Source: Octopus vulgaris (taxonomy: Eukaryota). From it: DNA of 64,000 nt. Location: assembly GCA_951406725.2 (NCBI GenBank), contig OX597814.1:165726001-165790000 (forward strand), given 5' to 3'. Below are positions 1-12,730 of the stretch, one piece after another (the first letter of the stretch is position 1; every line of letters begins with the position of its first letter). The notes beneath the pieces were generated by a model that searched no databases, was not told the origin of the DNA, and saw nothing but the letters and a program-made list of their open reading frames with translations. Position numbers and translations under genes: made by a program.

Positions 1-847
1 AGTGTTACAGTAAGGCTACAAGTATTATAATAGTAGTGGTGTTTAGTAAGCAAGTTATAGTAGCACTTGTAGCAATGCATGATATAAACACCAATCCCAC
101 CTTCAAAAAATGCCCTTCAAAACCTGTTTTTAAAAAATCAAGCTGAACAATCTTCTGAAACATATTCATTGATATAGATGTTCCTACAGTGTCATAAAGC
201 ATATTAAATTGTGAAGTGTTAGGTATTTAAATATTAAAGAAGATATGGCTTTTTATATTTATCTCTAAATCTATAGAGAAGCTAATGCATGCTTTACTTT
301 GGATAATAGTGTGCTTTCAAAACTCTATCCACCAGATTTTATCATACATGTATAACTCATATCTCAGTTGGATTCAAACATTTTAGAATTTATTCTCTTA
401 TGTATTAATGAATGGGAAAAGCAAAGCACTTTACAAATGCTTTGCAGAAGAAAATAGATTGCCATTGAATCTCCATACCATAATAACAAGAGATAGCATT
501 GGATGCAATCAAGGCTTCTAAAAATGTATTATAAGATGTTGTCAGTAAAATTCGTTTTTTCCCATTTATATTAATGCATTTCACAGAAAATTCAAATGAG
601 TAAACTGGCTCTGTGATATAGCAATAATGAAAACTTCAGATCAAAGATGTGTTATTTGTCTGCATACATTTTGGCAATGCAAGACTGAAATACAGTTAAT
701 GATCATGAAAATCAGCTAGCTCTTATAGACTAATGCTATGCAATTGCTCATAATCTATCTTTATAATACAAGTTCATTTTTGGTTTTTATGCAAACATGT
801 TTTAATGTTTCTCAAACACATCTTTTAAAACTATACTTAGATGTCAT

Positions 848-1059
848 TTAACCCTTTAGCATTTAAACCAGTCATGTCTGGTCCAAATTTTCTACCTGTT
901 TTATGTTCAAACCAGTCAGACCCAGCCTCTCACACTTCATCTACAATGTCATTCTAAAACTGAACAATCACATCATTGAAATCTTGAAGCCTTGAAGTAA
1001 TAAATGATTAATTCAAAACAATGTGAATAAATAAGGCAATCTGTATGTTAAATGGTTAA
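848..1059. mobile_element. piggyBac-like MITE (TTAA ends)
   Basis: ttaaccctttagca..tgttaaatggttaa; collinear with 53056-53284. Confidence 0.68.
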
Positions 1060-1062
1060 GAA

Positions 1063-1760
1063 CTATTATTATTCTATGTTTGACTTTTGCCTTATGTCTG
1101 TACAAGTTGGCTCCAAGTCTCACCCAGAGACCTCAAGAGACAACAGGTTGGAAGTTCTGTGCCATATATTTGGGGTTTTTTTTTTTTGGTGTTGTACTAG
1201 TGAATGTCTAATACATAAAAATAAAATTTAAAAAATAAAATAAAATAAAATAAATAAATAAATAAAATAAAAAAAGTTTGTTTTAAACCTTGGGATTACA
1301 TAGAGAGTATTTTGCGTAGGATATGAGCAGTTCCCATGAGCACTATCTTTTGAATTTCTGCCATTTTGGGGTTTCCTGGTATCTGAGTTAGGTAGCAATT
1401 AGTCCCTTTCGCTATCATTCCCAGGGCACCTATGACAACAGGTATTGTTTTAGTCTTCAGCTTCCACATTTTGCTGATTTCTATTTCAAGATCTTTATAT
1501 TTGCTCAGTTTTTGGTAGGTCTTGACAGATACGTTTATATCGATTGGGACAGTCATATCAATGAGGAGGCATGTTCTTTGTCTGAAGTCTTTCAATATGA
1601 TGTCTGGCCTATTTGCATCTATCTTCCTGTCAGTTTGAATGGTGAAGTTCCAGAGGAGTGAGATGTGGTCATTTTCAAGCACTGGAGGTGGATTATGTTC
1701 CCACCAGTTTTTTTCATGGGGCAAATCCAGGTTTTTGCAAATTACCCAGTGAATATATGA
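1063..1760 (-). mobile_element. 5'-truncated R4/Dong-like non-LTR retrotransposon (restriction-like endonuclease end)
   Basis: ORF 1296-1724: LLWNF.IQTD..RPDI..LIDMTVP..KLSKYKDL..PVVIGALG; flanked by (ATT)n. Confidence 0.8.
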
Positions 1761-1777
1761 ATTATTATTATTATTAT

Positions 1778-1822
<45 letters not shown>

Positions 1823-2109
1823 AGTTACCTTTTTTGGATTTTGATATTTTCCAGGGTTGAGATTCTAAGGATTTGAACCTTTCATTATTTTAATTCTTGA
1901 GGTTTCAGCATCCAAAGTTATGGTGTTTAAGGTTGTATGTTTCAAGATTAAGACCCAAACTCTTAAGAATGGTACTAGTCTATCTACAGGGAATTTATTT
2001 TGTATTTGCTTAACAAGGAAACCTGAGTAAATCACTTGTTCTTAAAATACTTTCAATGGTTGCAGGGTATTTATATTTCTTTCATCATAACTTTCATATC
2101 CATTTCTAG

Positions 2110-2348
2110 ATGAACAAAGTTCTAGTGAATACAAAAGAGACTGAAAAACAGAATTTCTTTTTGAGGCTCTTCTTCAATCAAGGAAAGCCTTTACTATTTG
2201 TTGGCCCTACAGGAACAGGAAAAAGCTCTGTTATCAATAGCTTTCTTTTGAAACTGAATAAAGACTCCTACATAACATGCAACATCAACTTCTCAGCACA
2301 AACTTCAGCCAATCAGACTCAAGATATCATTGTCTCCAAACTAGAAAG
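2110..2348 (+). CDS. DNAH3: Dynein HC exon 1 in window (AAA3 Walker A)
   Basis: tag| [40 protein letters not shown] |gtaggt, phase 2. Confidence 0.92.
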
Positions 2349-4051
2349 GTAGGTGATGCATTTTACATCTTGGCAAAACCCAGTTATCAGAGAAGGAAAG
2401 AAAACTTTTCCCAGAACATGCAGCTTTCTAATTAGAACACATCAGGGTATTTTTTTCCTTTTTTGTTTTACTTTGTTTGGTGACTTGGCCTTTACTGACT
2501 TTGTTCTCCCATGTTTCTTAATTTAAATATCCAGAGGATGAAGAATTTTACTAATGACAGTATTTATTCATTGATCAATATTCAAATTACATCAAATTTA
2601 CTTTCTTTACAATATACAATATAAAATTGAATCATCAACAATATTATTTCACCCCTTGATTCAGCAGACCTATGATAGAGAACATTTGAGCTATAAACAC
2701 TCCATTTATTTTCAAACACAGTGTATGTAGGAAAATATTACTCAATGTATCCTTCTTTTTTAAGATAAGATATAAATTTAAGGGGAATTTGGCTGCTATT
2801 TTCAGCAGATCAAGCCCTCATACAGAGTCCTCCTGGAACAGCAGTGATAGCTGAAGGAGAACAGAGTTATAATTACATTTATCTTATCATTAAGCAAGGT
2901 AGAACACCAGTGATCACTTATGCATCCTGCTAAATAATATTTATCTGATATCATACGACCAGATAGAACAAAGTACCGTAAATCCTCAAGTTTAATCCAC
3001 ATTTTTTCCCCAAAATTTAAAGATCAAAATCCCTAGTGCGTACTATATACGAGGTTAAAAATGAAAATTATTTTCTAAGCAATGTCCGAGTCTCTATTTG
3101 CTGTCCAGCAATGCTTATTCTGACGCATTTTATGATGTCGGGCACGAAAATACCTTAAGCTAAGCCTGAAAGCAATAGAGTCATAAAAGAATCATCCATA
3201 ACATGCAGTAAGCAACATTTATTAACCGTTATTACTGTTATTTCTTTATTTTCTGCAAACATAATGCGCAAAAAAGCTTCACGTTTGCATTGTGTTATAT
3301 ATACAATAATAATAAAGGACGTTACCGTATACATTTTTACAAACCAAGGACGTTATATAGGCCTCCTTGACTCAAGTTAGAGAAGGGGTGTGTATTATAC
3401 ACAAGGTTTTGGTTTTTCAGAGGTACGGCCCTCAAAAAATCCCCTGCGTATTATACTCAAGGGCAGACTATACTCGAGGATTTATGGTACATACATTATT
3501 TATTGTATCATATCTTGAGTTATAACTTTTAAATGTGCTGGGGATAGTCCAAGAAGTACCCACATGAAAATCCAAATCCCAAATCAAGCTGTAACACAGA
3601 CAGATAGTAGTTGGGTGTTTTTCCCTTCAAGGTAGAAAAACACTGTTTCCTATAAGCATACTGCACGCTACTTGTTTTAATTTTGTTACCAACTCTTTTG
3701 TATATGTATATTAGTTGTTACATTTTGTATTTTTCTCATTCTTCTCTCAACTTTTCTTTATTTACCATCCAGTCAGCAGGCTTAATTTTTGCCTGTTACT
3801 GCCCTTGTCTCGCCTTTTTTCTGTCCTTATTTGTCTATTGTGTCCACTTGTCAATACCACAGAAACTTACACTGCTGATCCTGACAAACTGAACAATATT
3901 GTTAGGCATCAAAACCATGATGATAATTTGTTTGACAACTGATGAGGGGCTCAGCATGTTTGTATTTGTTTGTGCATTTTATTTTCTATTTTTCTTTTAA
4001 GTTTCTTTGTTTTCCTGTGCTATCCTTTTCATTATTACATTAGACATATAT

Positions 4052-4086
<35 letters not shown>

Positions 4087-7000
4087 TACACATATATACA
4101 ACAAAATGTTGTTAAACTATATTTATCGAGAGAAGTAAGAAACAAATTAAAAGTTATGGCACTCTTTTAATAGCTTCTCTTTCTTTTTTATATTTAATTG
4201 ATATCATATATAAATAATGTACATTCTTTGTATTTTGAGGAGGTGTAAAGGAGTCTATGGTCCTTCAGCAGAGAAAACATTGTGTGTGTTTGTTGATGAT
4301 TTAAATATGCCAGCTCTTGAAAAATTTGGTGCTCAACCTCCAATAGAACTACTGAGACAGTGGTTAGACCATGGATTCTGGTATGATAGGTATGACATTT
4401 CCTACTATCTCTTCATGTTTTTTATACCCGTTTTTACTTATTTATTTTACTTCTTGCTGGTTTCATTCACTAGACTGACCATGTTTAGGTCCTATTGTCT
4501 AGGACATGAGTAATTTTTTAAAAATTATTAACTGAGGTTATTATTTTAAAGCAAGCTTAAGAATAACAATAAAACTTTTACTAGTGGAGGAACTCAACAA
4601 AATTTGTATCTATCAGGACTGAGACATTGTTCCTCTCCAGCAAGTCTTCCCAGTGTACTCTGCATATTAGTAGATCACCTCTGAAACAAATGGAGAAGTA
4701 TCTTGCTGGTACATTCATGAGTGCTTGGATGCTAGGATTGCAGGTCCTGGTAGACTTGCAAGGCCCCTCTTCCAAAATTCATTTGTCTCTGCACCGAAAA
4801 ACAACGAGACCTGGGATGAAGTGGTGAAGCACAACCTTCGAACATTAGGCCTCACCAAGAAAATGACTAGCAGCCAAGACCTTTGGAAATATGCTGTGCT
4901 TGAGAAGACTCAGCAAGCCAGATGTGGCCTATGCCAGGAGCATAACCAGCCCACTTATGCGTAGCTTTTCCTTCTTTGGTCACTAAACTTTGCTTGCGAA
5001 GACCTGTTGAGGCAAGTGAAATCAAATCAAAATCATTTTGATGACTGGCATCCGTGCTAGTGGGGTGCAAAGAGCACCATACGAGTGTGATTGCTGACAG
5101 AGCGGCTATTCAAGTATGATTGTTACCAGCGTCGCCTTACTGGCACTTATGCCTGTGCTAGTAGGGTGCCAAGAACACCACCCGAGCATGATCGTTGTGA
5201 TCGTTGCCAGAGCAGCCAACTGGCTTCCGTAACCATGGCACGTAAAAGGGCACCATTCGAGCGTGATCGTTACCAACGTCGCTTCACTGGCACCTGTGTC
5301 GGTGGCATGTGTAAAAAGATTCAAGCGAGGTCATTGCCAGTACCGCCTGACTGGCCCCCGTGCAAGTGGCACATAAAAAGCACCCACTACACTCTCGGAG
5401 TGGTTGGCATTAGGAAGGGCATCCAGCTGTAGAAACTCTGCCAGATCAAGACTGGAGCCTGGTGCAGCCATCTGGTTGCCAGCCCTCAGTCAAAACCGTC
5501 CAACCCATACTAGCATGGAAAACGGATGTTAAATGATGATGATGATGATGATGATATATATACATATATGAAATGTGTGTGTTCATTTATTGAATTCAGG
5601 AAAGACACTACTATGTTTGAGTTAATTAATGTAAAAATATTGTCAGCGATGGCACCAACGAGTGGAGGCCGCAATCCAATAACCACACGTTTCCTGCGTC
5701 ACTTCAACATCATCCATATTGATGCATTCTCAGAAGATATTCTAAAGGAAATTTTTTCACCAATGACCGAATGGCATTTCAGACAATTCCCTGTATCTTT
5801 GCGCCGATTCTCACGGGTGAGTGACACTTTACATATTTTTCCCCTCCATTGCTGATTAGCTAATCAATGATTTTGATAGTGGTAGTGTAGGTGGTGATGT
5901 TAGTAGAGAATATAATTGTTCCTTCTCGAGCCATGCCTGGATCGTAAGGGCTGGTTTCCCGGTTTCCTTGGCGTATGGGTTCCCCACCTGGATGGGACGC
6001 CGGTCCATCACAAGTGAGCTGCAAGATGCAGGAGAAAAGAGTGAGAGAAAGTTGTGGTGAAAGAGTCAGCAGAAGTTTGCCATTACCTTCTGCTGGAGCC
6101 GCATGGAGCTTTGGTGTTTCGCTCATAAACACACACACATCGCCTGGTCTGAGATTTCAACCCGCGATCTCTCGACCACGAGTTCGCTGCTCTAACCACT
6201 AGGCCATGTGCCTCCACAGAGAATATAATTGTCATGATGACAGTTTTTATTGCTGTTGTTTAGCTCCAGCTCAATCCTGTTTGGATATTCCTTTGATCTA
6301 AACCATCCCAACTTTGCAGAAGCCCATCATGTGTATGTGTATGCATGTACTTTCATGCATGTCTATGTTTGTCTACCACCATTTAACAGCTAGTGTAGTT
6401 TTAAGTCCCTATAACTTAGTGGTTCAGCAAAAAAAAAAAAAAAAAAGGAAACAGACAGATTTAGAACCAGATTAAAACAGGTACTGGGGTCAATTTGATT
6501 GACTTAAAAATACTTTCAGCATGACATGCTGACATAACCACAGTCTAATAACTGAGACAAATAAATGAAAAGAAAATATATGTTTATATTTTGTGTGAGT
6601 GGTAATTAATTGCAATGCTGATATGTAATGTGTGTGGGGGGGGTGCACATATATACACATACTCTACATGTGCCCTTGTGCAAAAATCTCTTTTAGTGTT
6701 GCTATAATATTGGGATAGCCACACTAATTATATTCTGTGTCAATGCCAATACCATAATTATACCATGTTCTACCTTGTCCAATGTCTCCAATTTTACATT
6801 AGAAAATATTCTATCATCTGCTTCATATTTATACATTATACTAAATTATTCTGTTGTGTCTGGGGAGAGTCATTTTCTTTTTGTGCCTTAAAATTTAACA
6901 TACTCACCGGTAAAATTTCCACTTATTTTTATTTTCCTAAAAGTTTCGTTGCGTCTTGCAACCTTTTCAATAGTCTTGACTCTGTCCGTTATTTACACTG

Positions 7001-8351
7001 TGTTCCTTTTTGATTGTTTGTGCGCATGTGTGTGGGTCAGTGTTTGTGTGTGTGTGTGTACCTATGCATGCATGTACGTATGTATATGTGTATGTATGTA
7101 TGCATGTGTATGTATGTATGTATGTGTGTGCATCTGTATGTATGTATCCTGTATATTCATGTGTTTGCATGTCTGTGTTTGTGTATTTTCTATGTATGTG
7201 TGTTTGTATATGTATGCACCGCTGTCTCCACTAAATTATACTCTTTGGAAAGTCCTTTTATATGCACCCAAAATACTTTTGCTGATCTCGTGGAGAGAAC
7301 ACAACAGAACATTTAAAGCCCCATGCTTTCTTTTCCTTCTTCTTTCTCTCTCTCCTGCTCTCTCTCTCTCTCTCTTTCTCTCTCTGTCCTACTCTCTCTC
7401 TCTTTCTTTCTCTCTCTCTTCCCCCTCTCTGTGTCTCTCTCATTCTGTTTCTCCTCTCTCTCATTCTGTCTTTCCCTTTCTCTCGCTTGTCCTGTCTCTC
7501 CTCCTCTCTTGCTCTTCCTTCTCTCCCCTCTCTCTCATCCTCTCTCTCCCCTTCTCTCTCTCATCCTGTCTCTACCCCTCTCTCTCTGGTTCTGTCTCTC
7601 ACTCACTCTCATCCTCTCTCTCCCCACTCTCTCATCCCATCTGTCTCTCCTCTCCTGTCCTATCTCTCCCCTCTCTCGTCCTGTCTCTCCCCTCTCTCTC
7701 ATCCTGTCTCTCCCCCTCTTTTGTCCTGTCTTTCTCCTCACTCATTTTACCTTCCTCCTTCTCTCTCTTTTTCCCCACTTTGCATAATCATTTCCAGTTA
7801 GTCTTTTTTTTATATGTTCTTTGAATTAAACCTGTTAGCACTAACTTTGTTTCATGAATTAGCCATTTTAGCACAACTTAATTTTACTCTATTGTGATTA
7901 CAGATCATTATTCATGCCACACTGGACATCTACAAGAAAGTTGTTACCAAGTTTTTACCTACTCCTTCAAAATCTCATTATGTCTTCAACCTTCGAGATT
8001 TTGCACGTGTCATACAGGTGAGAAGTGAAACAGATATGTTATATGTTATATCAATGAGAGACATGGTGTCAGCTTCATAGGTCATACACGTGAAAGGTCA
8101 TTCAAATATTATTAAATGGCATACAGTAGATTAGCAAACGTATTGGGCAACATTTCTCAACCGGGGTTCCCTGGAACCCTAGGGTTCTGCAAATGGTTCC
8201 TTAGGGTTCCACAAGAAAGAGTGAGATAAGCTAATGCTAATTTCATGATTGTAATATCACTATACATGCACAACATATTACTGGTTATTGTAACATTGTA
8301 ATATAGGTATCATCCTATCTAACTTATTATGTTATCAAAAAAATATAACAA

Positions 8352-8386
<35 letters not shown>

Positions 8387-11336
8387 ACCAGGTAAGTTAG
8401 GGGTTGTGAATCCAACCCACTAAGGGATAATACTTATCCAGTATATTGTTGGTATAATACCCAATTATTAATACACAAGTGTTTTTACTTTCAATGCAAT
8501 AAACTTACTTATTGTATTAAATGGGTGAAGGTAAAGAAATATTTTACCATTAATTTATAATACAAATAAGAAAATGGAGAAACAATTTAGTTGGTTCATC
8601 AGCTTTAGGATATTAAAATGTTAACTTATTTATATATATATATATGATGTTTACCACATGAACTATGATGAAAAAATATGAGAATGATATGGTATATAAT
8701 TTTTTTGTGCAGGGGTTCCTTGAGACATGTAATTTATTTTAAGTGTTAAACAAGGGTAAAAAGATTGAGAAACACTGCTGTAGAGAGTGAGAAAATTACT
8801 TTGCAGTATTTCTTCCAATGTTTAACATTCTAAGTTCAAATCTTTCAGAGGTCAACTTTGCATTTCATCCATCTGAGTCAATAAAATAAAGCACCTGCCA
8901 AGTACCAGCTTTGCACTTAAATTAGAAGCGCATTATATGGCATACAATACTGTACTTTGGCTAAATTGGCAGAGATATATACAAATAAAAAAAGTACCAG
9001 TCAATTGCCCTCACAAATTACTTGTCTTATGTTTAAATTAAAAGCAATTATATGGCATGCAACACAGTAGTTTGGCTGCATTGGTAGAGATGTAGAGAAA
9101 ATACCTTGTGGTATTTTATCTAATTTATCTATACAGCAATTAGGATGTTTTCTGTGAGACAGTGTATTGTAGTCAAGCAGAGTATGCTACTGAATAAACG
9201 TTTTTCAACCACTATCCTACAGTGTGTTTGTATGCCATATATGGTCCACAAGTAGAAACAGGTCAGGAAATACCCGTATATTTTGAAAACTTGTTTTTAA
9301 TGCATTGCATTAGCACATGTTTATTCCTTTTGCAGCAAAGTACAATGGATATACCCATCTCTGTTTTAAAATTAATTTACGTACTTCTTTTTATAAGATA
9401 GCATTTTTTTAAAAATTAGTGTACATACTATTTTTCGCACTTGATTCAGTGTGCCATAGAACAAAAAAATGTTGAATATTGCCAAAATTGCCATTGTAAT
9501 GTGTAATACAGTATGTTAATCATAGTATGTTGTATATCATGGTACATTATTACACAAGAAGTTATTCAAGGCATATATAGGGCAAGCTGGCAGAATTGTT
9601 AGCACGCTGGCCGAAATGCTTAGCAGTATTTCATCTGCCGTTACGTTCTGAGTTCAAATTCCGCTCAGGTCAACTTTGCCTTTCATCCTTTTGAGGTCGA
9701 TTAAATAAGTACCAGTTACGCACTGGGATCGATATAATCGACTTAATCCGTTTGTCTGTCCTTGTTTGTCCTCTCTGTGTTTAGCCTCTTGTGGGTAGTA
9801 AAGAAATAGGTATAGTGTAACAGATTTTCATATTGGATGGTGGGATCTAATATGTTATATGGGATTTAAAGTGGTAATCAGGATATCTAATACTGGCAAC
9901 CAGAGTATGCTGAATGTATATTGTTGTGCAATTTATTCATATACTGGGTTCGATATATACATTAAGCCATTATTTAAACATAATAATTTTATCTTTATTC
10001 AAACATAAATTGAAACAATACTATTTGCAAAAATAGTCGCAAACATTGTGTAAAGATTCCTAACATCCTCTTGTTTTATTGTTAATCCTTAATCAAACAA
10101 AATCTGAACAAATTGTAGCACTGAAAATGGCTGGTATAAAGAATTAAGAACTATGATGAAAGCAAAGAGTAGTCATTTTGAATTGTAAACAGATGTAAAA
10201 TATTGTCAATAAATATAACAATCAACCTGTAAACTTTCATTAACCAAAACTTAAAGCTTGTTATCTTATGATAAAGTGAATAATGGGTGAATATATATAC
10301 CACACTTGGTATATTCAAATTTTCAGATGACAGTAACAATAGAAAAGGGAAAACTGGACTCACAAGATGTATGAAGGCCCTTTATTTGGAATGTTGGTGA
10401 CATGTAAAAAGCACCAACCGATCGTGGCTGTTTGCCAGCCTCCTCTGGCCCCTGTGCTGGTGGCATGTAAAAAGCACCCACTACACTCACGGAGTGGTTG
10501 GCATTAGGAAGGGCATCCAGCTGTAGAAACACTGCCAGATCAGACAGGAGCCTGGCACAGCCTCCTGGCTTCCCAGACCCCAGTCAAACCGTCCAACCCA
10601 TGCTAGCATGGAAAACAGACGTTAAACGGTGGTGGTGGTGGTGGTGGTGGTGGTGGTGGTAGTGGCGGTGGCGGCAGCAGCAGCAGCAGCTCAGTCTTGC
10701 TGTGAATGACTGCCAATTCACAGCATGACTGAGTTACACAGAACAAATGTCAAGGTTGTAATTGCTGCTCACCATGAGATTATCTATCATTAGAGCATAA
10801 GCCAGAATGCCTCATATTTGTTCCAGTTCTCTGAGTTCAAATTCCACCCGAGCCAACTTTAGCTTTCGACTTTTTTTAGGCACGATAAAATAGTACCCAT
10901 TGGTTGGTGTATTAGCAGAACTGCAAGAAAGTTGGATCAGATGCTTTGCAATATTTTTTTTAGTTCCTATATTTCAGTTTATTCAGTCAATTCTGCCAAA
11001 CCTCTATCAATTTGTAATCTTATAATGAATATGAGAAATTGTTATATTATGTGCATCACATCTAAATATTGTTATATTTACATCCAGATTTGACCAAGCT
11101 AAGCATTTGCAATTCCATTTGTCACTTCACTTTTTTTTTTTTACAGGGTATTCTCCTATTTTCCCCACAGTCTGTCTCAGAAGATCCAGAATGCATTCAT
11201 AAAATCATTCGCTTGTGGACACATGAGACTTATCGCTTGTTTTCAGACCGTCTTGTTGATCAGGCTGACCAAGAGTCTTTCTTTAAAATTCTTAAGGTAA
11301 AGGTAGATTTAATTTGTTCATTTGTCATTATTGTTA

Positions 11337-11388
<52 letters not shown>

Positions 11389-12662
11389 CATCATTATTAT
11401 TATTGAGTGAGAGAGCAGTACATGCCATCAAAATGACATTGGGGTAAAATATACAAAGCCCAGTATACTCATCATGACTACCCGTCTGATAAGGGTACAC
11501 TAGGCACATGCGTCACAACCATATGTGCACGACAAGGTGATCTCATATCAAGATAAACAGCACATTACCTTGCAGGTGGGGCCCAGTTAGAATTTTATTC
11601 TGGTCGAGTAACCAATACCACTCAAAAGGTCCCTGAATAAGGGTTGTTTAAGGATGTTGAACAAAACACCCATGTTTCCAGAGGTGAATTATTCAAACCC
11701 CAAAGAATCCCTCTCAACACATGGCTATGATGCTCCCCCACTACTTCTGCTCATGATCAGAGATGCACATATCATCAGCCACTAAGGGAAATGGTCAACT
11801 GGTTACGGTCAAGCAACTGACAAGCAAATCTGTGGTATTGAGCAGAATATTTGCTGTAGCCCATCATTTATACCAAGACAAAACAATGTACATGAAAACA
11901 CTTTCAATCAGTTAAGATCAGAAGCCACGAAAGCCACTGCCTGGTACTGCATCAGGGCATTTATTATTATTATTATTATTACTTTTTTTTTTTCTTCTTT
12001 CAAATTTGCTTCCATTTCTTGCCGAGTGTCTTCCCGACTCCTAGGGCAAAGAAACTCATAGTATACATTGGTAGGCCATTAAACCAAACTCAATAGTTCG
12101 TTCATTTAAAAAAAATTTTTTTTTAAAGTTAAATTAAAATACATGAGCAGCAACAGTTCTCACATCGACAATGCTCTTCTCAATACGTGTGATGTACCAG
12201 TTAAGACAATCTTTTGCACTTCTTGCAGGGATGGTAAGCCAGGGATCATTCTCATATAATTTTCGGTTCCCTTCTTGATCATTCCTAGTGCTCCTACGAT
12301 CACTGGTATTGTAACCGCCTTGAGATGCCACATTTTCTCAATTTCAATGAGTAAGTCTTTATATTTTCTGAGCTTGTCAAACTCTTTCGCTGAGATATTA
12401 TGATCACAGGGGATGCTCATGTCGATCAATAAAGAAACTTTATTGTTTTGGTCTTTCACAACAATATCAGGTTTATTGGCCTTGATGGTTCGGTCTGTAT
12501 GTACTGGAAAGTCCCACAGAATGGTTACATTTTCTCCTTCAGTTACAGCCTCAGGGTGGTGATTATACCACTTGTCAGCAGTTTTGATATTGTAATGCCA
12601 ACTTATTAGGCAGTGTAGATATTGGCCAACTCTGTCATGTCTTAATTTATACTCCACTGTTA

Positions 12663-12730
<68 letters not shown>

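Noticed and set aside
3935-3960. Isolated CTGATGA hammerhead half-sites (also ~8595 and ~51880)
   Set aside because: No correctly placed GAAA-stem III-NUH partner was found; at most Penelope-like remnants.
6949-7824. Long 291-aa ORF and overlapping ORFs
   Set aside because: These are translations of TG and CT microsatellites, which lack stop codons.
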